Assembly (NCBI GenBank): GCA_040879175.1
Contig: JBBDKW010000018.1
Coordinates: forward strand, 1-56,388
DNA length: 56,388 nucleotides
Origin: Candidatus Saccharimonadales bacterium
GTDB taxonomy: Bacteria > Patescibacteriota > Saccharimonadia > Saccharimonadales > UBA10212
Reading direction: 5' to 3'
The notes under the pieces: generated by a model
What the model was told of the DNA's origin: nothing
What the model saw: only the letters and a program-made list of their open reading frames with translations
Databases searched by the model: none
In this document: in pieces, positions 1-7,191 of the stretch
Layout: the number at the start of each line of letters is the position of its first letter
How positions within the stretch are numbered: position 1 is the first letter of the stretch
Position numbers and translations under genes: made by a program

Positions 1-153
1 TGGATGGTCTTTTGATCTTTCTGTTCTGTAGTAGTAGTTGCCGAGTGTTACATCTAGGCTGGCGTGAGCCACGTGTTTTGCGATGAAAGGTTCGCACAAG
101 ATGTGTCCATCCTTGATCGCCTGCCGGATTTCGGTGTTACTATAAACCCCCAC
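1..153 (-). CDS. dcd: dCTP deaminase (dUTPase superfamily), N-terminal 51 codons; the gene runs off the window start
   Basis: My own minus-strand translation from GTG at 153 gives VGVYSNTEIRQAIKDGHILCEPFIAKHVAHASLDVTLGNYYY, the typical Dcd N-terminus. AAGGAG lies 11 nt upstream. An in-frame GTG at 165 is an alternative start. Confidence 0.6.
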   Translation of the reverse strand, partial: MGVYSNTEIRQAIKDGHILCEPFIAKHVAHASLDVTLGNYYYRTERSKDHP

Positions 154-169
154 GAGCGTTTTCACTCCT

Positions 170-196
170 TTTATAACATTTTAAAGCTGTTGTAAA
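170..196 (-). promoter_or_regulatory. Candidate promoter for dcd (extended -10)
   Basis: Minus strand reads TTTACA (196..191), a 15-nt spacer, then TGtTATAAA (178..170), just downstream of the rplA stop. Confidence 0.35.
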
Positions 197-207
197 CTTG
201 TCGCAAA

Positions 208-1167
208 TTAGATTTCGGTTTTGACACTCGGCCCCATTGTACTTGCGATGTACGCCGACTTGACATACGTACCCTTAACGCTTGCCGGCTTCGCCGAACG
301 TACGCTGGTGGCAATTGTTTGGGCGTTCTCAAGCAGTTTCTGCGGGCCAAAGCTCACTTTGCCGATTCCAAGATGAATTATCCCGCTCTGATCGACACGA
401 TATTCGACTCGGCCGGCCCTTGCTTCTTTTACAGCCTTGCCAGTATCGGTTGTGACTGTGCCGCTTTTAGGGTTGGGCATTAGCCCTTTTGGACCTAGTA
501 AACGGGCATATTTGCCAAGTTTAGACATAAGAGCGGGAGTAGAAATCAGAATATCGAAATCTACCCTTTCCTTATCGAGTGCTGTTAAGATTTCTTCGTT
601 GCCGGCAATATCGGCGCCGGCCTTTTTAGCCTTATCAATATCATCACCTTCAGCAAAAACGGCAATTCTAACTGCCTTGCCGGTGCCGTGCGGCATAACC
701 ACCGTATCTCGGACATTCTGATCAGATTGCTTTGGGTCTACCGCCAGGTTTATATGCATCTCCACTGTGGCGTCGAACTTGGAAGTAGAGGTCTTGGCCG
801 CCAGATCTACGGCTTCGGCTAAATTATAGACTTTGGACTTATCAATTTGTTTGATGGCTTCCCGATATTTCTTACCAGCGCGTTCGTCGTGGCTGCGCGG
901 TGATTTTTGCTCGATTTTCGGCTTCTCCGCTTTGGCGTCTTTTGCCGGTTGCTCTTTCTTTCGTTCTTGCTTAGCAACTTTCTCGTCAGCCACCTTCACG
1001 GCTTTGGCGCTGCGCTTCCCGGCTTTTGCGACCACAGCCTCTTCTTGCTGCGATTTTTTCCCAGTAGTGAGCTTTCGCGTGGCTTTGCCGGTATCCGCCT
1101 CAGCGGATAGTCGCGAAAGTCTACTACTGGGTTTCGCAATCTTATCTGTTTCTTTAGCGTCAGTCAT
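208..1167 (-). CDS. rplA: 50S ribosomal protein L1 with a ~95-aa Lys/Ala/Glu-rich N-terminal extension
   Basis: The 319-aa ORF has a core from GKKYREAIKQIDKSKVYNLAEAVDL onward that is canonical L1. The ATG lies 3 nt after the rplK stop, and there is no in-frame ATG/GTG/TTG near the core start. Confidence 0.95.
   Translation of the reverse strand: MTDAKETDKIAKPSSRLSRLSAEADTGKATRKLTTGKKSQQEEAVVAKAGKRSAKAVKVADEKVAKQERKKEQPAKDAKAEKPKIEQKSPRSHDERAGKKYREAIKQIDKSKVYNLAEAVDLAAKTSTSKFDATVEMHINLAVDPKQSDQNVRDTVVMPHGTGKAVRIAVFAEGDDIDKAKKAGADIAGNEEILTALDKERVDFDILISTPALMSKLGKYARLLGPKGLMPNPKSGTVTTDTGKAVKEARAGRVEYRVDQSGIIHLGIGKVSFGPQKLLENAQTIATSVRSAKPASVKGTYVKSAYIASTMGPSVKTEI
1060..1131. mobile_element. Nested-palindrome MITE-like element, copy 1, in frame inside the rplA 5' extension
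   Basis: The sequence cccagtagtgagctttcgcg...tatccgcctcagcggata...gtcgcgaaagtctactactggg shares both ~20-nt arms and the inner hairpin with 7192..7273. It is flanked by TTTC on both sides. Confidence 0.55.
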
Positions 1168-1170
1168 TTC

Positions 1171-1596
1171 TTACTCAACCTCCACACCCATGCTACGGGC
1201 AGTACCGGCTACCATTTTCTTGATTGATTCAACATCATCGGTATTCATATCTGCCGCTTTGGCTTCGGCAATCTCTTGAAGTTGCGATTTAGAAAGCTTT
1301 TTTTCCAGTTTAGCCTTATTGGGCTCTCCAGAGCCCTTATCGACCTTCAAAGCCGATAGAATCAATTCGTCAGTAGGTGTGCCGACTACTCGCCATATCA
1401 TTGTTCTATCATCGAAAATAGTTACGTGGACAGTCAGCATTTGGCCCATACGGTCTTTCGTCTGCTCGTTAAACGGATTTACAAAGTCCATCATATTTAC
1501 ACCGTATTGACCGAGTGTACTACCAACCGGCGGGCCGGCGCTGGCTTGGCCGCCACGTATCTTCAGCTTCAAATTAGCCTTAACTTCTTTAGCCAT
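1171..1596 (-). CDS. rplK: 50S ribosomal protein L11
   Basis: The 141-aa ORF contains LKLKIRGGQASAGPPVGSTLGQYGVNMMDF, typical of L11. It sits in the canonical nusG-rplK-rplA context. Confidence 0.97.
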   Translation of the reverse strand: MAKEVKANLKLKIRGGQASAGPPVGSTLGQYGVNMMDFVNPFNEQTKDRMGQMLTVHVTIFDDRTMIWRVVGTPTDELILSALKVDKGSGEPNKAKLEKKLSKSQLQEIAEAKAADMNTDDVESIKKMVAGTARSMGVEVE

Positions 1597-1600
1597 AATC

Positions 1601-1822
1601 TTATCCGTTGCTTTCCAAGGTTCTTGTGCTCATATCTATAGTTGCGTCGCTGCACGATATTGAAATTCTGTTTAGCTCTTGGATTCGAAGAGCTACTTCG
1701 TTACGAATCAGTCCCAGCAATTCCTTATCGTCTTTAGCCTTAGCATCGGCGACTAATCCGTAGAGTTCGCTTGTCGGTAACTTGCTTAATTGCGCGTCAA
1801 AATACTGTCTTTGCTGTTCCAT
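1601..1822 (-). CDS. Hypothetical 73-aa helical protein filling the nusG-rplK junction
   Basis: The ATG at 1822 is 1 nt after the nusG stop, and the stop is 4 nt before the rplK ATG. The sequence begins MEQQRQYFDAQLSKLPTSELYGLVADAKAKDDKELLGLIRNEVALRIQEL. I recognise no family. Confidence 0.45.
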   Translation of the reverse strand: MEQQRQYFDAQLSKLPTSELYGLVADAKAKDDKELLGLIRNEVALRIQELNRISISCSDATIDMSTRTLESNG

Positions 1823-1823
1823 T

Positions 1824-2366
1824 TTATACTCTCTTAACCTGCAGGCCGTCCAGCTCAACGGGCGTTTCGCGGCCGAACATATTGACCAAGACTTTTAACT
1901 TACCCTTTTGGGCATCAATCTCGTTAATTGCACCGTCAAACCCCTTAAACGGCCCGTCAATGATGTTAACCACCTCGCCTACCCTGTAATCAAACCTGTG
2001 CTTCGGTTCTTCACGGCCCATTCGCTTCATTATTTTGTTAATCTCGTCTTCGCTCAATGGAGTTGGCTCTGAGCCTGTCCCGACAAATCCGGTTACATTA
2101 GGCGTATTGCGCACGATATACCAGGCATCTTCACTCATTTTCATCTCCACCAACACATAGCCTTGGAAAATCCGCTTTTCGACAACCTTCCTTTTACCAT
2201 TTTTAATCTCTATCATCTTCTCCTTAGGCACCAGGACTTGGAAAATTTTGTCGGCCATATCAAGCGACTCCGCCCTTTGTCGGATACTTTCGGCTACCTT
2301 CTCTTCGTATCCGGAGTAGGTATGAATCGCGTACCAATGTTTGGTCGAATCGTATCTTTTCCTCAT
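1824..2366 (-). CDS. nusG: Transcription termination/antitermination factor NusG
   Basis: The 180-aa ORF has an NGN start (WYAIHTYSGYEEKV) and a KOW motif (GEVVNIIDGPFKGFDGAINEID). It follows secE. Confidence 0.95.
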   Translation of the reverse strand: MRKRYDSTKHWYAIHTYSGYEEKVAESIRQRAESLDMADKIFQVLVPKEKMIEIKNGKRKVVEKRIFQGYVLVEMKMSEDAWYIVRNTPNVTGFVGTGSEPTPLSEDEINKIMKRMGREEPKHRFDYRVGEVVNIIDGPFKGFDGAINEIDAQKGKLKVLVNMFGRETPVELDGLQVKRV

Positions 2367-2773
2367 CTTAGAACAAACCTCTTAAACAATTGATCAAGCC
2401 CAAGATCGACAACCGCCACAAGTGCGCCAAAGACGACGGCAAAAATGAAGACCGCCACTGTTAGCCGCCACGTTTCGCGCCTGCTCGGCCAGGTGACTAA
2501 CCTGAGCTCTCGCCAGGAGTTGACAAAATAACGCGGTACGAGCCAGCTCAGCACCTTGAGAAGCAATCGCCCCAAGGGCGTTAGAGGTCGAATAAGCGGC
2601 TTTAAGGCACGCCAAACTGCGGAAAGCGGCTTAGAGACTATGGCAGCCCGGAGGCGGAAGCGCCTTTTGGGTTTTGCCTCGACGCTACTGGCTCCGCTTT
2701 CCATTTTCTCGCGGACTGTTGGGGCAGCCTTCCGGATACGTGGTTTCCTTCTGCGTGGCGCACCGTTAACCAT
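2363..2773 (-). CDS. secE: Preprotein translocase subunit SecE with a basic N-terminal extension
   Basis: The 136-aa ORF has a single C-terminal TM helix (LTVAVFIFAVVFGALVAVVDLGL) and lies directly upstream of nusG, overlapping it by 4 nt. Confidence 0.8.
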   Translation of the reverse strand: MVNGAPRRRKPRIRKAAPTVREKMESGASSVEAKPKRRFRLRAAIVSKPLSAVWRALKPLIRPLTPLGRLLLKVLSWLVPRYFVNSWRELRLVTWPSRRETWRLTVAVFIFAVVFGALVAVVDLGLDQLFKRFVLR

Positions 2774-2794
2774 CTACAATTCGCCTCACTATCT

Positions 2795-2819
2795 AAAAGC
2801 CTACTCTTAAGAGTAGGCC
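2795..2819 (-). terminator. Intrinsic terminator after the YgjP-like gene
   Basis: A perfect 20-nt palindrome gcctactcttaagagtaggc (2799..2818) is followed on the minus strand by TTTT. Confidence 0.6.
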
Positions 2820-2862
2820 AACGCTGTCAAGTCTAGCAGACTCTCTTCTGTTTATCAAGGGT

Positions 2863-3570
2863 CTAATAAGGCTCAATTCGCGGTTTATGAGTTTTTATTT
2901 GCTTTTTTAAATCAACTAAATTCGGTAGCCTTTCCTCCATAAAAGACCAGAAGTTACGGCTGTGGTTATGAAAGACAGTGTGCGCCAGCTCGTGCAGAAC
3001 TACATAGTCGATTAACTGCCAAGGCAGCTGGATAAGAAAATAACTTAAGGTAATCTCTTTTTTTCTAGAACAACTACCCCACCTAGAGGTCAATTTGCGT
3101 ATTTTGAGGCCGCTGTACGGCAGGTTATATCTACGGCTAACAGCCTCAACTCTTCGTGGTAAGAGTAGCTCAGTCTGCTGCCTGAGCGCTTTTTCACAAG
3201 CTTGTACCACCTTCTTTTGAACCGCCGGATTCATAGGCTCCAGCGCTGTCTTAACCATAATCTTCGATGAGCTTAGTCTCGTTTCAACCAATCCGTTAGC
3301 AGGCGGTTCATTGATGTAGGTCAGTCGGTGTGACTTGCCTATACGACCGCCGTCAGTCAGCTGTTTAGGTGAATGGGCTAGGAGTTGTTTCTGTATCCAG
3401 TACTGATGCCGTTTAACAAAAAGCACGCCGGCTTCGTAGGGAGTCCAAGGCGGCATACCGACGCGTACTTGGCCGGCAGCATTGATGCTTAGTCTGATGT
3501 TTCGGCTACCTCGCCGCTTTATTAGAATAACTTCTCCGATTTGCGGAACGATAAGATATCGATGAGTCAC
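2863..3570 (-). CDS. YgjP-like (DUF45/M48-superfamily) metal-dependent hydrolase
   Basis: The 235-aa ORF has a C-terminal HExxH motif (LHELAHTVFHNHSRNFW). It starts at GTG, 1 nt after the upstream stop. Confidence 0.7.
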   Translation of the reverse strand: MTHRYLIVPQIGEVILIKRRGSRNIRLSINAAGQVRVGMPPWTPYEAGVLFVKRHQYWIQKQLLAHSPKQLTDGGRIGKSHRLTYINEPPANGLVETRLSSSKIMVKTALEPMNPAVQKKVVQACEKALRQQTELLLPRRVEAVSRRYNLPYSGLKIRKLTSRWGSCSRKKEITLSYFLIQLPWQLIDYVVLHELAHTVFHNHSRNFWSFMEERLPNLVDLKKQIKTHKPRIEPY

Positions 3571-3571
3571 T

Positions 3572-4234
3572 CTAATGGATACTTATATCGCGGCGGCTAT
3601 AATCTACCCGGCCGGCTTGCGGGTTGGGAACCAGATTAATAAGTTCGGGTTTGGCCACGTGGCTTTGAACGCTACCGGCGTTGACTAACCCCAGCTGATA
3701 CAGCCGGTTTAGAATTGCGTTCTTTTGGGTTACAAAAGTGTGCTTTCCGCTGATTACCAGGAAATCCTCATCGGGCTGCGGGTTTTGCATCAAACTGATC
3801 TGGTGGTCAAAAGAAGCTTTTGTCTGCTCTTCAGAATAACGATCATCTTGGGTTCGCCTATCGAGCCGCTGGGTTCGTGTAAAGGCGTTCTCAGCGTCAG
3901 TCTGCAGCCAAACAAGCAAGTATGCCGCGTGGTGCCGGCGAGCCATCTCGCGTAGTTTACGCCGCTGCCCGATACGCAAGGCGTTGGTATCGTAGGCTAC
4001 GCTGACGCCAGATCTTAGAAATTCTTCGGCCATGTAATTCATTAGGTGGGTCACAATGACATTTTCTTGGGCGTCGTAGCGCGGCCGCCTAAATAACTCA
4101 TGCCTGATTCGATCGGCGCTTACCCTAGCTATCCCGATTTCGCCTTCCAGATTGCGGGCTACATAGCTCTTACCTGAGCCAGGATAGCCATAAAAACAAA
4201 TAAGCGTCGGTTTACTAAGAGAAATTTTAGCCAT
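3572..4234 (-). CDS. P-loop ATPase / predicted kinase (AAA_33- or zeta-toxin-like fold)
   Basis: The 220-aa ORF has a Walker A motif, GYPGSGKS, near its N-terminus. No other family motif was recognised. Confidence 0.6.
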   Translation of the reverse strand: MAKISLSKPTLICFYGYPGSGKSYVARNLEGEIGIARVSADRIRHELFRRPRYDAQENVIVTHLMNYMAEEFLRSGVSVAYDTNALRIGQRRKLREMARRHHAAYLLVWLQTDAENAFTRTQRLDRRTQDDRYSEEQTKASFDHQISLMQNPQPDEDFLVISGKHTFVTQKNAILNRLYQLGLVNAGSVQSHVAKPELINLVPNPQAGRVDYSRRDISIH

Positions 4235-4296
4235 TGATTAAGATACTAACACCTCTGAGCCCTATCTTAAAGTGTCATAGTTTTTTTAAGGGGACG

Positions 4297-4371
4297 TGGA
4301 GCCGACGACGAGGATTGAACTCGTGACCCCCTCCTTACCATGGAGGTGCTCTACCACTGAGCTACGTCGGC
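4297..4371 (-). tRNA. tRNA-Thr (anticodon GGU), CCA encoded
   Basis: Manual cloverleaf: GCCGACG/CGTCGGC acceptor, anticodon arm CCTCC-ATGGTAA-GGAGG, T arm ACGAG-TTCAATC-CTCGT, discriminator T, then CCA. Confidence 0.9.
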
Positions 4372-4519
4372 CTGGATACTTATTTTACTGAACTGTTAAC
4401 TGGAAGCTCCTTATCTGTTACAATTATAGCAATGAAAAGGCTATATAGGTCTGAAAAAGACCGGCTGATTGCGGATATTATCCTGTCGTTCATAATGCCT
4501 ACAGAAAGCGAGGTTAGAG

Positions 4520-4723
4520 GTGGCCAAAAAAAACGACAAGCGTAAGATAGTCGGCTTGGTCTGCGAAGCCTGCAGACAGCGGCATTACTACTCGACTAAG
4601 AACACGATGAACACACCTGATAAGGTTGAGCTCAAAAAGTACTGCCCTGTCAAGCGAGTCTATGCCAAGCAGGTTGAGACTAAAAAGAACTTGGGACGTA
4701 ACGTCGTCATCCCTCGCCGCTAA
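4520..4723 (+). CDS. rpmG: 50S ribosomal protein L33
   Basis: The 67-aa ORF (GTG start) reads KIVGLVCEACRQRHYYSTKNTMNTPDKVELKKYCPVKRVYAKQVETK, the L33 pattern with CxxC. Confidence 0.85.
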   Translation: MAKKNDKRKIVGLVCEACRQRHYYSTKNTMNTPDKVELKKYCPVKRVYAKQVETKKNLGRNVVIPRR

Positions 4724-4775
4724 CTATCTCTACAAATCAGTTCTGAAGAGTGATACAATACCCCTGTTCTATAAC

Positions 4776-4809
4776 AAAAACGCAACATCTGCAGCGAGTT
4801 GCGTTTTTG
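4776..4809 (+). terminator. Bidirectional-looking intrinsic terminator after rpmG
   Basis: The sequence aaaaacgcaac-atctgcagcga-gttgcgttttt forms an 8-bp stem flanked by an A-run and a T-run. Confidence 0.65.
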
Positions 4810-4885
4810 AGAGGAAGAAGCGACCTGAGGCTGAAAGTAAGTTAATAGCATTAACTTACGGAAGCCGGCACGTCGACTCTGACGT

Positions 4886-4962
4886 AGGAGTGTAGCTCAG
4901 GTGGCTAGAGCGTCGGTCTCCAAAACCGAAGGTCGGGGGTTCAAGTCCCTCCACTCCTGCCA
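4886..4962 (+). tRNA. tRNA-Trp (anticodon CCA), CCA encoded
   Basis: Manual cloverleaf: AGGAGTG/CACTCCT acceptor, anticodon arm TCGGT-CTCCAAA-ACCGA, T arm GGGGG-TTCAAGT-CCCTC. Confidence 0.9.
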
Positions 4963-4970
4963 CGATCTAG

Positions 4971-6011
4971 TTATTTTCCGAAGATTTCTAAAGCTTTTTT
5001 GACCTTTTCTAGTGCCTGGCTGATGTTGTCGGCCTTGAATTTTGCGCCGGCAGCCGCCTTGTGCCCCCCGCCGCCGAGTTTATAAGCGATTTTTGATACA
5101 TCCTTAATCTTACTCGCCGATCTTAATGAAACTCCATAAACTCCCACGCCACTGGCTATGTCTGTATAGACAATAAATCCCCAAAAATTATCCTCAAAAT
5201 TTTTCAGGAACTGTTGTGTAAACAGCTCGCAGGCCAGTTTAAAAGAATCAGGCGATTTAGCCGTTGCTAACCAATCCTTAGCCAGTTCGTCATCTATGAA
5301 ACTATACGTATAACCCCGTCCGCTGTCTGTAACATTACTTATTAAATTATTCAGGACCTTTAGTTGAGCGGCGTCGTAACGTTCCATACTTGTCTCAAGC
5401 TCTTCAATGCTAGCCCCGGCATCGAGCAAATCGCTAACGATTCTGTAGGTTTCGCGGTGGACGGGATTATCGAATTTATGCCTATCGGTATCACTGATAA
5501 TTCCTAGTAGCGTGGTCTGGGCATATCCGGCTGGTTTTTTGAGGTTTAGTTTTTCAAATAAGAGTTCATAAACTTCTTGAGCCGTTGCTGGTCGCCGGCT
5601 ATTGATATATATGTCAGATTCGTCTTTACCATACTCTTCGTGGTGGTCAATTATCACAAATTTGGTTTTGGCGTTGTTAATAAGCCCTCGCAGTTCAACG
5701 CCGCTGTGTCTCGAACAGCGCTCAAGGTTTGGTGCGTCTAGTATTATAAACAATTCGGGCTTAAGCTTCTCGGCTGCCTCAAGAACCGGCTGGAACTCGA
5801 TTTCACTGAAACTCTCCAAAAATTCTATGTTTCGTGCCGGCTTTTCCTCTAAAACTAGGCTTATTTTTTTGTCTGGGAAATTCGATCTCAGGGTCGTTCC
5901 TAATAATAGAACCGAGCAAACAGCATCTGGGTCCGGTGAAATATGCGACGTAATTAAAATCTTCTGCGCTGAATTCAATAACTCGCTAAATCTCTTGGAC
6001 TTTCCATCCAT
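4971..6011 (-). CDS. DHH/DHHA1 phosphoesterase (NrnA-like oligoribonuclease/pAp phosphatase)
   Basis: The 346-aa ORF carries the motifs SHISPDPDAVCS, IIDHHE and GGGGHKAAAGA. Confidence 0.8.
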   Translation of the reverse strand: MDGKSKRFSELLNSAQKILITSHISPDPDAVCSVLLLGTTLRSNFPDKKISLVLEEKPARNIEFLESFSEIEFQPVLEAAEKLKPELFIILDAPNLERCSRHSGVELRGLINNAKTKFVIIDHHEEYGKDESDIYINSRRPATAQEVYELLFEKLNLKKPAGYAQTTLLGIISDTDRHKFDNPVHRETYRIVSDLLDAGASIEELETSMERYDAAQLKVLNNLISNVTDSGRGYTYSFIDDELAKDWLATAKSPDSFKLACELFTQQFLKNFEDNFWGFIVYTDIASGVGVYGVSLRSASKIKDVSKIAYKLGGGGHKAAAGAKFKADNISQALEKVKKALEIFGK

Positions 6012-6037
6012 TTGTGTTCACTATATCATACGGTCCA

Positions 6038-6066
6038 TTGAATCTTATCTGTTAATTTGATAAAAT
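6038..6066 (+). promoter_or_regulatory. Candidate sigma70-type promoter for the tRNA-Thr/tRNA-Tyr pair
   Basis: TTGAAT (6038..6043), a 17-nt spacer, then TAAAAT (6061..6066), 10 nt before the tRNA 5' end. Confidence 0.5.
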
Positions 6067-6076
6067 TACAGAGGTC

Positions 6077-6153
6077 GCCACCTTAGCTCAGCTGGCCAGA
6101 GCAACAGTTTTGTAAACTGTGGGTCGTCGGTTCGAATCCGACAGGTGGCTCCA
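6077..6153 (+). tRNA. tRNA-Thr (anticodon UGU), CCA encoded
   Basis: Manual cloverleaf: GCCACCT/AGGTGGC acceptor, anticodon arm ACAGT-TTTGTAA-ACTGT, T arm GTCGG-TTCGAAT-CCGAC. Confidence 0.9.
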
Positions 6154-6224
6154 GATTTTAGACACATTTGCGAGAATGTCTAAGTCGTGAGTTCGAGTTT
6201 AGTAGGTGTTAAAATTATATTTGA

Positions 6225-6311
6225 GCTAGGGTAGCGAAGTGGCCAAACGCATCTGACTGTAAATCAGACGGCCTTGCGCCTTCGGGGGTTCGAATCCCTC
6301 CCCTAGCACCA
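6225..6311 (+). tRNA. tRNA-Tyr (anticodon GUA), long variable arm, CCA encoded
   Basis: Manual cloverleaf: GCTAGGG/CCCTAGC acceptor, anticodon arm TCTGA-CTGTAAA-TCAGA, 15-nt variable arm, T arm GGGGG-TTCGAAT-CCCTC. Confidence 0.9.
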
Positions 6312-6480
6312 TCCTCCGTCGCAAAGCCCTTTATGGGCTTAGCTATGGAGGATTTTGTATGGTAGATTCGAACGCCCGAGGGAAGCCTTCGGGGTGAGAC
6401 ATGCCGGTGGCATGTCGCAAGGAAATCTTCCGATGGCAACTTGTTGCCAATCGCGAAGTTTCGGGGTCGCGGAACGTGAC

Positions 6481-6502
6481 TCGAATCCCTCCCCTAGCAC
6501 CA
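6481..6502 (+). repeat. Exact 22-nt duplicate of the tRNA-Tyr 3' end (T-loop 3' half, acceptor 3' strand and CCA)
   Basis: tcgaatccctcccctagcacca occurs at 6290..6311 and again at 6481..6502. Confidence 0.9.
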
Positions 6503-6519
6503 AGTTTAGTTAAGATTAT

Positions 6520-7170
6520 TTAGATGACTACTTTTCGAGGGCGAAGGACTTTTTTGGGGCGGTTGGGTAGCGCGCTTCGGTTAAGCTTGCGGCGGACTTT
6601 AACAGCTTCTTCGCCCATACCGCGCAATTCGTAGGCATTCATCAGCAGGTTATAGGTTTCGTTGTTCGGCTCTAACTCGGCGGCTTTTTCTAGTTCTTGC
6701 AGCATAAGTTTATCGTTGCCGAGTTTTTCCTGGACTTTGGCATAAGCTATATGGCGGGCAGCCAAGTCATCCTCAAGCTTTAGAGCCTGCTCGAATGCCG
6801 TTGCTGCTTTCTGGTAGTTCTCTGTCTCGTAATAGATTAACCCGAGGTTATGCAGGCTTGAAGCGCTGGGTTCGATACTACTGGCTATTTCGAAGCAGTC
6901 GATAGCATCTTTGTACTCTCGCTGCTTGGCGTATAAGATTCCTAGGCGGTTATAGGCTGCGGCATTTTTCTCATCAATTTTTAGGATAGTTAGGAGTGCT
7001 TTTTCAGCCCGTAAAAAGCGGTTTTCGCGCATACCGTGGTGGGCGATTTCCCAGAGCTTGGCTAACCGGTCGCCCAAACGACGCGTCACTAACGTAGTTT
7101 CGTCATCGATGTATCGGCTGTGGCGAAGTACAAAGTACGCAATCAGTACTAACAGTAATAGGGCATACAT
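6520..7170 (-). CDS. TPR-repeat protein with an N-terminal membrane anchor
   Basis: The 216-aa ORF starts with a TM helix (MYALLLLVLIAYFVL). Repeated A..YN.LG..Y....Y..A...FE.A TPR signatures follow. Confidence 0.7.
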   Translation of the reverse strand: MYALLLLVLIAYFVLRHSRYIDDETTLVTRRLGDRLAKLWEIAHHGMRENRFLRAEKALLTILKIDEKNAAAYNRLGILYAKQREYKDAIDCFEIASSIEPSASSLHNLGLIYYETENYQKAATAFEQALKLEDDLAARHIAYAKVQEKLGNDKLMLQELEKAAELEPNNETYNLLMNAYELRGMGEEAVKVRRKLNRSALPNRPKKVLRPRKVVI

Positions 7171-7191
7171 TGCTTAGGTAATTATAACAGA

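Noticed and set aside
4626-4895. An 89-aa plus-strand ORF downstream of rpmG.
   Set aside because: It overlaps the 3' end of rpmG out of frame, runs through the rpmG terminator hairpin, and ends inside tRNA-Trp. No coding signal was found.
6215-6439. A 74-aa minus-strand ORF in the track.
   Set aside because: It lies antisense over tRNA-Tyr and the hairpin-rich spacer. Its peptide (…GGIRTPEGARPSDLQSDAFGHFATLAQI) is the typical read-through of a tRNA complement, and it has no start context.
6342-6502. A tmRNA-like or second-tRNA reading: GCTATGG...GGTAGATTCGAAC...TCGAATCCCTCCCCTAGCACCA resembles a tmRNA 5' end plus a tRNA-like 3' end.
   Set aside because: The acceptor is Tyr-type with no G3:U70 alanine identity pair. 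The T-stem 5' strand is missing before the second TCGAAT. The segment (~160 nt) is too short for tmRNA, and no resume codon or tag ORF ending in a stop could be found. It is kept only as an unexplained repeat and structured segment.
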